Shown in pieces: positions 29,076 to 37,818 of a stretch of DNA of 64,000 nt (positions are counted from its first letter, which is position 1; each line of letters opens with the position of its first letter). The stretch lies in NCBI GenBank assembly GCA_964235495.1, contig CAXSAX010000005.1:35935-99934 (forward strand), in the 5' to 3' direction. The notes under the pieces are model-generated. The model saw only the letters and a list, made by a program, of their open reading frames with translations, did no database searches and had not been told where the DNA came from. A program made the position numbers and the translations under genes. The DNA comes from an uncultured Acetobacteraceae bacterium. GTDB lineage: Bacteria; Pseudomonadota; Alphaproteobacteria; Acetobacterales; Acetobacteraceae.

Positions 29076-29687
29076 TCAGGCGGCCAGCTCTGCGGCGCGG
29101 GCGCGCGCGCCCGCCACCGCCTTGGCGGCGGCGTCCGGCCCCATTGCCAGCCCCTCCGCCCGCACGGCCGTCATGTCGGTGATGCCGAGGAAGCCGAGGA
29201 TGGCCCGCAGGTAGTTCTCCTGGAAATCGTAGGTCTTGAACGGCCCATCGGAGTAGATGCCGCCCGCCGCCAGGAACACCATGGCCTTCTTGCCGGACAC
29301 CAGGCCCTTCGGCCCCTCCGCCGTGTACTGGAAGGTGCGGCCGGCGCGGACGATGTGGTCAATCCAGGCCTTGAGCTGCGACGGGATCGAGAAGTTGTAC
29401 ATCGGCGCGCTGATCACCAGCAGGTCGGCGGCGGACATCTCGTCGATCAGCTCGTCGGACAAGCGCAGGGCCGCCTTCTGCTCCGGAGTATGCGCTTCCG
29501 GCTTGCCGAAATAGCCGCCCAGCAGATCGACGCCAAGATGCGGGATGTGGGTGGTCACCAGGTCACGCGTGGTGACCGTGTCGTCCGGATGGCTCTCGCG
29601 ATGGTTGGCCACGAACCCGGCCGACAGGTCGCGGCTGACTGAGGCGTGGAGGTTCGGGCTGCTCTGGATGTGCAGGAGATGGGACAT
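29076..29687 (-). CDS. azoR: FMN-dependent NADH-azoreductase
   Basis: LLHIQSSP, APMYNFSIPSQLKAWIDHIVRAGRTFQYT, ILGFLGIT. Confidence 0.92.
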   Translation of the reverse strand: MSHLLHIQSSPNLHASVSRDLSAGFVANHRESHPDDTVTTRDLVTTHIPHLGVDLLGGYFGKPEAHTPEQKAALRLSDELIDEMSAADLLVISAPMYNFSIPSQLKAWIDHIVRAGRTFQYTAEGPKGLVSGKKAMVFLAAGGIYSDGPFKTYDFQENYLRAILGFLGITDMTAVRAEGLAMGPDAAAKAVAGARARAAELAA

Positions 29688-29772
29688 GGCCGGATTCCAA
29701 CTTAGGTGCGAACGGACTCCGAACTAGCCCTGGCGCTCTCCCAAGCAAACTGGGAAAGTTTCGCGCAACATC

Positions 29773-29787
29773 ATCAGCACAATCGAT
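29773..29787. promoter_or_regulatory. Putative LysR recognition box, ATC-N9-GAT
   Basis: ATCAGCACAATCGAT lies 8 bp upstream of the LysR start, in the divergent azoR/lysR gap. Fits the T-N11-A LTTR rule. Confidence 0.55.
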
Positions 29788-29795
29788 GGAGCGCC

Positions 29796-30695
29796 GTGGA
29801 CATCTCGCTGGACCAAGTCAGGGTGATGCTGGCCGTCGTGGAGCACGGCAGCTTTTCCGGCGCTGGCCGGGCGCTGAACCGGGCGCAATCGGCAGTGACC
29901 TACGCGGTGCAAAGCCTGGAGGACAGCCTGGGCGTCGTCCTGTTTGACCGTACCGGCTACCGCCCGGTGCTGACCGAGGCGGGACGGGTGCTGCTGGCGG
30001 GCGCGCGTCGGCTGGCGGAAGAGGCGGGGGCGTTCCAGATCCAGGCGCGCGGCATCGCCGGCGGGCTTGAGCCGGAGCTGACCTTGGTGGTGGACGCCCT
30101 GTTCCCTCTGCCGCCCTTGCTGGAAGCGCTGCGCGTGTTCAACCAGCGTTACCCCGAGACGCCCACCCGGCTCTACGTCGAGCCGCTGCGCATCGCGGTC
30201 GGCCTGGTGCTTGACGGCACCTGTGCGCTCGGGCTGCTGCCGGTGTTCACCGCCGAGGCGGACACGCTGGCCTGGCTGCCGCTGCTGGATGTGGAGCTGG
30301 TCTCGGTCGCGGCGCCCTGCCACCCGCTCGCTGCGCTGCCCGGCCCGATCCCGCCGGAGGAGGTGCGGCGGCACGTGCAGCTCGTGCTGACCGACCGCTC
30401 GGCCGGGATTTCCGGCCCCGACCAGGGCGTGCTGGCCACCCGCACCTGGCGGCTGGGCGACCTCAGCGCCAAGCACGCGATGCTGCTGGCCGGGCTGGGC
30501 TGGGGCAACATGCCGCGGCACATGGTGGCGGAGGATTTGCGGCAAGGACGGCTGCACGCCCTGCAGCCGACGGAGTTCCTGGGCAAGCAGCTGCGGCTCG
30601 GCATGTGCGTCGCCCACCGCACCGACGGCCCGCTCGGTCCGGCCACGCGGTGGATGCTCGAACACCTCGCCGCAGTCAGCCAAGCTGGAGCCTGA
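29796..30695 (+). CDS. LysR-family transcriptional regulator
   Basis: HTH GSFSGAGRALNRAQSAVTYAVQSLEDSLGVVLFDR. GTG start at 29796. Divergent from azoR. Confidence 0.93.
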   Translation: MDISLDQVRVMLAVVEHGSFSGAGRALNRAQSAVTYAVQSLEDSLGVVLFDRTGYRPVLTEAGRVLLAGARRLAEEAGAFQIQARGIAGGLEPELTLVVDALFPLPPLLEALRVFNQRYPETPTRLYVEPLRIAVGLVLDGTCALGLLPVFTAEADTLAWLPLLDVELVSVAAPCHPLAALPGPIPPEEVRRHVQLVLTDRSAGISGPDQGVLATRTWRLGDLSAKHAMLLAGLGWGNMPRHMVAEDLRQGRLHALQPTEFLGKQLRLGMCVAHRTDGPLGPATRWMLEHLAAVSQAGA

Positions 30696-30796
30696 CCCGA
30701 CCGCCGGATGTCCAGGGAACCCCGTTCTCTGGGAAGCGCTCGGGGCGGCGCCCGACCTGGCTGTCGCAGCGTGCCACCGCCTGTTAGGCTCGATGC

Positions 30797-31564
30797 ATGC
30801 TGTTCCGCGAGCCCGACGCCACCGACCCGCCCGTGACGCTCGCGGTCAGCCAGCCCGCCCATGCCTGGATGTCGGGCCAGCTCCTGCGCGCCTGGGCCGA
30901 GACGCTGGACGAGACGCTGCTGCTGGCCGCCGAGCAGCACGACATCGCCTGGCTCGACTGGGAAACGTCGCCGAGCTTCGACCCGCAGACTGGACGCCCC
31001 CACCTATTCCGCAACGTGGGGGCGGCGCAGCACGCCCCGATGTGGGCGGGGGGCGTGGAGCGGGCGCTGGCCGCCTGGGGCCGGCGGGTCGCCTTGCTGG
31101 TGTCGCGCCATGGCAGCCTGGTCTATGGCCGCTACGCCGAGCGGCACCGCGGGACGGCGGCGGACGCGGCGGCGGCGGCGCATTACCGGCAAACGCAGGC
31201 CGTGCTGCAAGCCGGGTGGGCAAGCTCCCTGGGCCTCGACGCCGCGGCGCTGTCCCATGACACGGAGATGGTGGCGCTCTCCGACACGCTTTCGCTGGCG
31301 CTCTGCGGCGAGCTGGCCACGCCGTTGCAAGTCGATGCGCCGGGTCGGGCCGGCGGACGCCGCAGCCTGCGCCTGGCCGCCAGGCCCGGCGACCCGGCGG
31401 GCTTCACCCTCTCGCCATGGCCGTTCCGCGGCGAAGCGCTGGTGGCCGAGGCCGAGGCGCGGCCGATGCCGGCGGCGGGCCGCTTCGCGGACGAAGCGGC
31501 CATGCGCGCCTGGCTCGCCGCCCCCGAACGGGTGACGTTGCAGGCGAGGCTGACGCCGGGCTGA
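30797..31564 (+). CDS. DUF3891-like conserved hypothetical protein
   Basis: SQPAHAWMSGQLLRAW and AAEQHDIAW, recalled as DUF3891-like (not searched). Confidence 0.7.
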   Translation: MLFREPDATDPPVTLAVSQPAHAWMSGQLLRAWAETLDETLLLAAEQHDIAWLDWETSPSFDPQTGRPHLFRNVGAAQHAPMWAGGVERALAAWGRRVALLVSRHGSLVYGRYAERHRGTAADAAAAAHYRQTQAVLQAGWASSLGLDAAALSHDTEMVALSDTLSLALCGELATPLQVDAPGRAGGRRSLRLAARPGDPAGFTLSPWPFRGEALVAEAEARPMPAAGRFADEAAMRAWLAAPERVTLQARLTPG

Positions 31565-31572
31565 CAGGGTCG

Positions 31573-31589
31573 TTGGCATGGGGTTCGCA
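31573..31589 (+). promoter_or_regulatory. Putative sigma54 (-24/-12) promoter
   Basis: TTGGCATGGGGTTCGCA has GG-N10-GC spacing and lies ~30 bp upstream of the GGAGG SD and GTG start of the ABC operon. Confidence 0.55.
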
Positions 31590-31617
31590 TGACCCGCTCC
31601 GCATCTGGAGGAACACT

Positions 31618-32625
31618 GTGGCCACGAACACTCTGCGCCGCTCGCTGGCGTTTCTCGCGGTCACGCTGCTGGCGCCCGCCACGCTGGCCGCGCCGGCGCC
31701 GGAGCAGGCCGCCATCCTGCTGCCCGGCAGCATCAACGACCAGAGCTGGAACGCACTGGGTTACGCGATCCTGCAAAGCCTGAAGCCGCTCGGCTTCGAG
31801 ACCGCGTATTCCGAGAACGTGTCCGACGCCGACGAGGCGGAGGCGTTGCGCGACTACGCCAGCCGCGGCGACAGCATCGTCATGGGCCACTCCGGCCGCT
31901 TCGTCTCGGCGATGGAGCAGGTGGCGCCCGATTTCCCCCGCACGCAGTTCATCGCCATCAGCGGCAACGAGGGCATGGCGCCCAACGTGATGTCGGTGGA
32001 CTGGGACAACGCCCAGTTCGGCTGCCAGCTGGGCACGCTCGCCGCCCGGATGAGCCGCACGCACCAGGTCGCCGGCGTGTACGGCCTGCAAGGCGTGCCC
32101 AACATCACCGCCCAGGCCGGCGCGTTCCGCCTCTGCGCCACCAAGGCCGGCGCCGCGGTGACTATCCTCTACGTCGCCGACATGGAGGACGCCGCGGCCG
32201 CGAAGGAGGCGGCGCTGTCCCTGATCGCCGGCGGTGCGGACGTGCTGACCGGCAAGCTGAACGCCGCGGAGGCTGGCCTGGTGCAGGCCGCGAAGGAGCG
32301 GCACGTCTTCGTCACCGGCCGCGGCCCGGACCAGACCGCGATGGCGCCGGACGAGGTGCTGACCAACATCGTCGAGGACTGGCCGGCGATGCTCCGCTCC
32401 ACCGCCGAGCACGTGAAGGCGGGCCAGCTTTCCGGCAGCTTCGTGCTCTACGGCTACGGCACCGCGCCGGTGACCGGGGCGGCGCTGGCCTACTCACCCG
32501 GCCATTCCTTCAACCCCGTCGTGCCCGCTTCGGTCGCCGAGGAGGTGGCCGGCCTGGCGGCGCAGTTCGCCTCCGGCGCGCTGACGGTCACGCCCACCGG
32601 GAACGACGCCCGGCCCGGACGCTGA
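31618..32625 (+). CDS. BMP-family (nucleoside/purine) ABC substrate-binding protein
   Basis: LLPGSINDQSWNALGY and IVMGHSG. SD GGAGG before GTG at 31618. Confidence 0.85.
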   Translation: MATNTLRRSLAFLAVTLLAPATLAAPAPEQAAILLPGSINDQSWNALGYAILQSLKPLGFETAYSENVSDADEAEALRDYASRGDSIVMGHSGRFVSAMEQVAPDFPRTQFIAISGNEGMAPNVMSVDWDNAQFGCQLGTLAARMSRTHQVAGVYGLQGVPNITAQAGAFRLCATKAGAAVTILYVADMEDAAAAKEAALSLIAGGADVLTGKLNAAEAGLVQAAKERHVFVTGRGPDQTAMAPDEVLTNIVEDWPAMLRSTAEHVKAGQLSGSFVLYGYGTAPVTGAALAYSPGHSFNPVVPASVAEEVAGLAAQFASGALTVTPTGNDARPGR

Positions 32626-32654
32626 GCCCGCCAGCGGGCCCCGGCCTGCTCCGG

Positions 32655-34124
32655 ATGCGCGGCATCGTGCGCAGCTTCGGCGCCGTGCGCGCCAATGACG
32701 GCATCGACCTCGACGTGGCGTCCGGCCAAATCGTCGGGCTGCTCGGCGAGAACGGCTCGGGCAAGACGACGCTGATGAAGGTGCTGTTCGGCATGCTGCC
32801 GCAGGAGTCCGGCAGCATTGCCTTGCGCGGCCGCGCGCTGTCCGGCCACGATCCCGCGCAAGCCATGCGCGCGGGGCTCGCCATGATCCACCAGCACTTC
32901 ATGCTGGTGGAGGCGATGACGGTGGCGGAGAACGTCATGCTGGGCTGGCCCGAGGCGGGGCGCGTCCTGCGCCGCGCCGCGGTGGCGGAGCGGGTGCGGG
33001 AGGCCAGCCGGCGCTTCGGCCTGGATCTCGACCCGGCGGCGCGGGTGGCCGACCTGCCGCTCGGCCGCCGTCAGCGGGTGGAGATTCTCAAGGCCATCCT
33101 GCGCGACGCCGAGCTGCTGATCCTGGACGAACCCACCTCCAACCTCGCGCCGCCGGAAGTCGCGGGCCTGCTCGCGATCCTGCGCCGCCTGCGCGCGGAG
33201 GGCAGGGGCATCGTCCTGATCACCCACAAGCTGCCCGAAGCGCTGGCGGTGTGCGACGAGGTGGTGGTGCTGCGCGCCGGGCGGGTGGCCGGCCGCCTGC
33301 CGGTCGCGGGCGCGCAGCAAGCCCAGCTGGCCGAGATGATGATGGGCCATGCGGCCCCGCCGACGCAGGCCTCCGCCCGGCCCCCGCCCGGGCGGGTGCG
33401 CCTGGCGCTGCGTGGGCTCCGCGCGCCGGGCCTTGCCGGCATCGACCTCGACCTGCGCGCGGGCGAGGTGGTGGGCGTCGCCGGCGTGGACGGCAACGGC
33501 CAGGTCGAACTGGCCGAAACGCTGGCCGGGCTGCGCCGCGCGACCGCCGGCAGCGTGGTCCTGGACGGCCATGACATGACGCGCGCGGGCGTGGCGGCGC
33601 GGGTGCGGGCAGGGCTGGCCTACCTGCCGGCGGATCGCGCGACGACGGCGCTGGTGCGCGGGATGTCGGTCGCCGAGAACCTGATGCTGCGCGACTCCGC
33701 GCGCCCGCCGTACAGCCGGGGCTGGCTGCTGTCCCGCGCCGGGCGGAACGCCGGCGCGCGCCGGCTGATGGCGGCTTACGGTATCCGCGCCCCTGGCCCG
33801 GGTGCGGCGGTGGCGCGGCTGTCCGGCGGCAACCAGCAGAAGATCGTCGTGGCGCGCGAGCTGGACCGCGCGCCGGCGGTGGTGGTGGCGCACCAGGCTA
33901 CCTGGGGGCTCGACCCCGGCGCCGTCCGCTTCGTGCTGGACCGCTTGGCGGCGTTGCGCAACGCCGGGTCGGCCGTGCTGTACATTTCCTCGGAGCTGGA
34001 GGAGGTGCTGGCGCTCGCCGACCGGATCGCGGTGCTGGCGGAGGGGCGCTTCGCCGGCATGGCGGCGCGGGAAGCGGCCGACCTGCCGCAGATCGGCCTG
34101 TGGATGGCGGGGCGGGCGGCGTGA
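32655..34124 (+). CDS. CUT2-type ABC ATP-binding protein with two ATPase domains
   Basis: LLGENGSGKTT, MIHQHFML, LILDEPT, GVAGVDGNGQ, LSGGNQQK. Confidence 0.92.
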   Translation: MRGIVRSFGAVRANDGIDLDVASGQIVGLLGENGSGKTTLMKVLFGMLPQESGSIALRGRALSGHDPAQAMRAGLAMIHQHFMLVEAMTVAENVMLGWPEAGRVLRRAAVAERVREASRRFGLDLDPAARVADLPLGRRQRVEILKAILRDAELLILDEPTSNLAPPEVAGLLAILRRLRAEGRGIVLITHKLPEALAVCDEVVVLRAGRVAGRLPVAGAQQAQLAEMMMGHAAPPTQASARPPPGRVRLALRGLRAPGLAGIDLDLRAGEVVGVAGVDGNGQVELAETLAGLRRATAGSVVLDGHDMTRAGVAARVRAGLAYLPADRATTALVRGMSVAENLMLRDSARPPYSRGWLLSRAGRNAGARRLMAAYGIRAPGPGAAVARLSGGNQQKIVVARELDRAPAVVVAHQATWGLDPGAVRFVLDRLAALRNAGSAVLYISSELEEVLALADRIAVLAEGRFAGMAAREAADLPQIGLWMAGRAA

Positions 34125-35164
34125 CCGCCCCGGCGGCATGGCGGCAGGCGGCGTGGCGGCGGGCGGCGCCCCGGCTGGCGGGCCGTATCGCCGCGGCGGT
34201 GCTGCTGTCGCTGCTCTGCGCGGGGCTGCTGGTGGCCTTGTCCGGCCACGACCCGCTCCAGGCGCTGGCCGCCCTCGCGGACGGGGCCGCCGGATCGCCG
34301 CACCAGCTCGGCGTGGCGCTGAACCGGGCCACCCCCTACCTGCTCAGCGGCGCTGGCGTGGCGCTGTGCTTTCGCGCCGGGGTCATCAACATCGGCGCGG
34401 AAGGCCAGATCGCGCTCGGGGGCTTGGGCGCCGCAGCCGCAGCGCTCGCCGTCCCGGTCGCTGACCCGGCGCTGGCCATCGTGGTGGCGCTGCTGGGCGG
34501 CGCGCTGGCCGGCGCGGCCTGGGCGGGCCTGGCCACGGCGATCCACCTGGGCCGCCGCGTGCACGAGGTTCTGGTCACGTTGCTGCTCAACTTCGTGGCG
34601 CTGCTGCTGGTGCAGCAGGTGCTGGTGGGGCCGTTCGGCCAGCACGGCGCGGGCTTCCTGCAATCGCCGCTGCTGCCGCGGCCAAGCTGGCTGCCGCGGT
34701 GGCCGGGGCTCGACGCGCATCCCGGCTTCCCGCTCGCGGTCGCCGCCGCCGCCCTGCTGTCCTTCGCGCTGTGGCGGACCCGGTTCGGCTTCGCGCTGCG
34801 CGTGGCGGGCAGCAGCCGGCCGGCCGCCGCCTATGCCGGGTTCCGGCTGGGCCGGCTTACCTGGGGGGTGATGCTGCTGGCCGGGGCGCTGGCCGGGCTC
34901 GCCGGCGGCGTCGAGGTTCTGGGCGTGCACCGCCGGCTGATCGAGGGCTTCTCGCTCGGCTTCGGATTCAAGGCGGTGACGGTGGCGCTGCTGGGCGCGC
35001 TGGAGCCGCTGGCGGTGGCGCCGGCGGCGCTGTTCGTGGGCTTGCTGGAAACCGGGTCGCAATCCATGCAGCGCCGCATCGGCGTGCCCTCCGCGCTCGT
35101 CGCGGTGATCGAGGGGCTGACCATGCTGTTCGTGCTGGCCGCGACGGTGCGGCGGCGGCCATGA
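34121..35164 (+). CDS. Nucleoside-type ABC permease
   Basis: RAGVINIGAEGQ, TRFGFALRVAG, multi-TM. GTGA overlap with the upstream stop. Confidence 0.88.
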   Translation: MTAPAAWRQAAWRRAAPRLAGRIAAAVLLSLLCAGLLVALSGHDPLQALAALADGAAGSPHQLGVALNRATPYLLSGAGVALCFRAGVINIGAEGQIALGGLGAAAAALAVPVADPALAIVVALLGGALAGAAWAGLATAIHLGRRVHEVLVTLLLNFVALLLVQQVLVGPFGQHGAGFLQSPLLPRPSWLPRWPGLDAHPGFPLAVAAAALLSFALWRTRFGFALRVAGSSRPAAAYAGFRLGRLTWGVMLLAGALAGLAGGVEVLGVHRRLIEGFSLGFGFKAVTVALLGALEPLAVAPAALFVGLLETGSQSMQRRIGVPSALVAVIEGLTMLFVLAATVRRRP

Positions 35165-36066
35165 CCGACCTCGCCGCCGCCCTGCGCATGGCGACGCCGC
35201 TGCTGCTCGCGGCCCTGGGCGGCATCCTCTCCGAGCGGGCCGGGGTGTTCGCGGTGGGGCTGGAAGGCATGATGCTGGCCGGCGCGTTCGCCGCCACCAC
35301 GGGCGCATGGCTGTGCGGCAGTGCGGCGGCCGGGGTAGGGGCCGCCCTCGCCGGCGGGGCGGCGATCGGGCTGGCGGTGGCGCTGGTCGCGGTGCGCGGC
35401 CGGGCGGACAACATGGTCACCGGCCTGGCCGCCAACATCCTGGCCGCGGGGCTGACCTCCTACGGGCTGCGCGCCGTGAGCGGCACCGGGCAGGCCGCGT
35501 CCATCCACCTGGCGCCGCTGCCCGACTGGCCGGTGCCCGGCCTCTCGCGCCTGCCCTGGCTCGGCCCGGTGCTGTTCGATCAGCCGCCGTTGACCTACGC
35601 CGCGCTGCTCGCCTGCGCCGTGCTGGCCGCCTTTCTGGGGCGCACGCAGGCCGGGCTGATGCTGCGGGCCGCTGGCGAGAACCCCGAAGCGGTGTTCGCC
35701 GCCGGGGGACGGCCGCTGCGGGTGCGGATGGCCGCGGTGGTCGCCGGCGGCGCGGTGGCCGGGCTGGGCGGCGCGGTGCTGTCCCTGCAGCAGGTCGGCA
35801 CCTTCACCGACGGCATGACCGGCGGGCGCGGCTACCTCGCTTTGGCCTCCTTGATCGTGGGGCGCTGGACTCCCTGGGGCGCGGCGGCCGCCTGCCTCGC
35901 CTTCGGCGGCGCGGAGGCGTTCGAGCTGCGCCTGCAGGCCGCCGGGGTCGGCCTCAGCGCCTACCTGATGCAGATGGCGCCCTACCTGCTCGCGCTCGGG
36001 GTGCTGGCCGCCGCCGGGCGCTCCGTGCGGCTGCCGGCCGCGATCGGCCAGCCGCTCGACGACTGA
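35161..36066 (+). CDS. Nucleoside-type ABC permease
   Basis: SERAGVFAVGLEGMM, GLMLRAAGENP, GRGYLALASLIVGRWTP. ATGA overlap. Confidence 0.88.
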   Translation: MTDLAAALRMATPLLLAALGGILSERAGVFAVGLEGMMLAGAFAATTGAWLCGSAAAGVGAALAGGAAIGLAVALVAVRGRADNMVTGLAANILAAGLTSYGLRAVSGTGQAASIHLAPLPDWPVPGLSRLPWLGPVLFDQPPLTYAALLACAVLAAFLGRTQAGLMLRAAGENPEAVFAAGGRPLRVRMAAVVAGGAVAGLGGAVLSLQQVGTFTDGMTGGRGYLALASLIVGRWTPWGAAAACLAFGGAEAFELRLQAAGVGLSAYLMQMAPYLLALGVLAAAGRSVRLPAAIGQPLDD

Positions 36067-36082
36067 AACGGAGGAGGACGAC

Positions 36083-36472
36083 ATGGACATCAACCGACCC
36101 GAGATTCTGGCCGAGGTGCAGGCCGCTTTCGCCCGCTACGAGGCAGCGCTGGTGGCCAACGACACCGCCGTGCTGGACGAGCTGTTCTGGGACGACGGCC
36201 GCACTATCCGCTACGGCGTGGCCGAGAACCTGTACGGCATGGAGGCCATCCGCGGCTACCGGGCCGGCCAGGCCGCCACCGGGCTGGCGCGGCAGCTGGA
36301 AGGCACGGTGATCACCACCTACGGCGACGGCTTCGCCACCGCGTCCACCTTGTTCCATCGCACGCCCGGCCGCATCGGGCGGCAGATGCAGAGCTGGGTG
36401 CGGCTGCCGCAGGGCTGGCGGGTGGTGGCGGCCCATGTCAGCGTGATCGAGGCGCCGCCGGGGCCGCCGTGA
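36083..36472 (+). CDS. hpxZ: AtzH-like/oxalurate catabolism protein HpxZ (DUF3225)
   Basis: FARYEAALVANDTAVLDELFW, IRYGVAENLYG, GRQMQSWVR, WRVVAAHVS. Confidence 0.85.
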   Translation: MDINRPEILAEVQAAFARYEAALVANDTAVLDELFWDDGRTIRYGVAENLYGMEAIRGYRAGQAATGLARQLEGTVITTYGDGFATASTLFHRTPGRIGRQMQSWVRLPQGWRVVAAHVSVIEAPPGPP

Positions 36473-36478
36473 GGCCCG

Positions 36479-36862
36479 TCAGTTTGCCGGCTGCAACGCG
36501 ATGGGGGGCGGGGCCGCGTCGTAGGTGAAGTCGGATTGCTTCACCGCATCCTCGACCACCGCCGCCGCGCCGCCGGCGAGCAGCCGGCCGAAGCCCACGC
36601 CTTTGTATTGCGCCGCGACCGAGCCGGTCGCGGTCTGCCACCCGGCCTTGCGGCAGGTGATCGTGAGGCTGGCCTCGCTGGGTTGCACGGTCACCTCACC
36701 AGGCGTCGGGTCAACGGCGCCGACCACCGCCGCGCCCTGCTGCACCGTGCAGCGGGCGCCCGCCGGGTCGCTGCGCACCGTGATCTGCTGCGGGCCTGGT
36801 TGGTCAGGTGAGCTGCACCCGGCGACGGCGCAGGCGAGCAGCAGGGGCCAGAAACTCTTCAT
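36479..36862 (-). CDS. Hypothetical lipoprotein (PEGA-like)
   Basis: Lipobox VAGC, then ITVRSDPAGARC...TPGEVTV...ITCRKAGW. Confidence 0.7.
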   Translation of the reverse strand: MKSFWPLLLACAVAGCSSPDQPGPQQITVRSDPAGARCTVQQGAAVVGAVDPTPGEVTVQPSEASLTITCRKAGWQTATGSVAAQYKGVGFGRLLAGGAAAVVEDAVKQSDFTYDAAPPPIALQPAN

Positions 36863-37083
36863 GCGGCCTCATAGGGATGGCGGTGGGAGCCGGGCCAGAG
36901 TGGTCCGCTTGGACGGCTGAGTCACTGGCCGAGCCGCCCACTGCGAGGCCGCCATGCCGGCAGGGTCACGGACCCGGTCGCCTGGTCGGCTGCCTGCGTC
37001 ACCCGCGATCGCCGTGGGCTCCTTGCTCCTTGCAGCGGCGTCCTGCGCTACCCGTCGGCCGCAAACCGTTGTAGGCCATCGCG

Positions 37084-37332
37084 ATGACCGATGTGCCGCC
37101 TGATCGCCTGTCCACCAACCCGGCCAGCCCGCACCACGACGCCGCTGCGCTCGAACGCGGCGTCGGCATCCGCCTGAACGGCGTGGAGAAGACCACCGTC
37201 GAGGAATACTGCGTCAGCGAGGGCTGGGTCCGCGTGTCAGTCGGCAAGACGCTCGACCGCCGCGGGAACCCGCTCACCATGAAGCTGAGCGGGACGGTGG
37301 AGCCGTACTATCGCGACGTAACGCCGACCTGA
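37084..37332 (+). CDS. DUF3297-like small protein
   Basis: PPDRLSTNP, GVGIRLNGVEKTTVEEYCVSEGWVRV, GTVEPYY (family recalled, not searched). Confidence 0.8.
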   Translation: MTDVPPDRLSTNPASPHHDAAALERGVGIRLNGVEKTTVEEYCVSEGWVRVSVGKTLDRRGNPLTMKLSGTVEPYYRDVTPT

Positions 37333-37447
37333 CGCTGCTGCAAGGCCCCAAGCCCTCGCAGACCCACCGCTATTGTCACTGAAAGTAAAGGTGACTTGCT
37401 GCCGGGTTATCGCCGAACCAACTCCCGTTCGGAAAGAGGTGGAACCC

Positions 37448-37741
37448 ATGGCGAAGATCGCACGGCTTCTTGGTATGGCTGGCTTGGTCCTGGCTCTCGG
37501 CAGCGTGCCGGCGCTCGCGCAGCGCGGCGGCTACGGCGGATTTAGGGGCTATGGCGGTTTTTACGGTCGCGGCTTTGGCGGCTACGGCTTCCGTGGCTTT
37601 GGCTACGGTTACGGCCCGGGTTTCTATGGCCACGGTTTCTATGGCCGGGGCTTCTACGGCCCCCGCTTCGCCTATGGATTCCCCTATGGCGGCTTTCCTG
37701 GCGGAGCGCCGTTCTTCTACGGCTACCCACGCTACTACTGA
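37448..37741 (+). CDS. Secreted Gly/Tyr/Phe-rich low-complexity protein, 97 aa
   Basis: SD AAGAGG. Signal peptide ends ALA-Q. Mature part is made of YGxGF-like repeats. Confidence 0.7.
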   Translation: MAKIARLLGMAGLVLALGSVPALAQRGGYGGFRGYGGFYGRGFGGYGFRGFGYGYGPGFYGHGFYGRGFYGPRFAYGFPYGGFPGGAPFFYGYPRYY

Positions 37742-37818
37742 CCCCCGCGCCACCACCGACCGCAGTGACGCGCTGCGCCCTCCGGTATAGCTTCGCCCGG
37801 CCATAACAGGAGGCGGCG

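Noticed and set aside
36953-37105. ~49-aa ORF MPAGSRTRSPGRLPASPAIAVGSLLLAAASCATRR... resembling a small lipoprotein
   Set aside because: Non-canonical lipobox, no clear SD, overlap with the DUF3297 start, and no other support.
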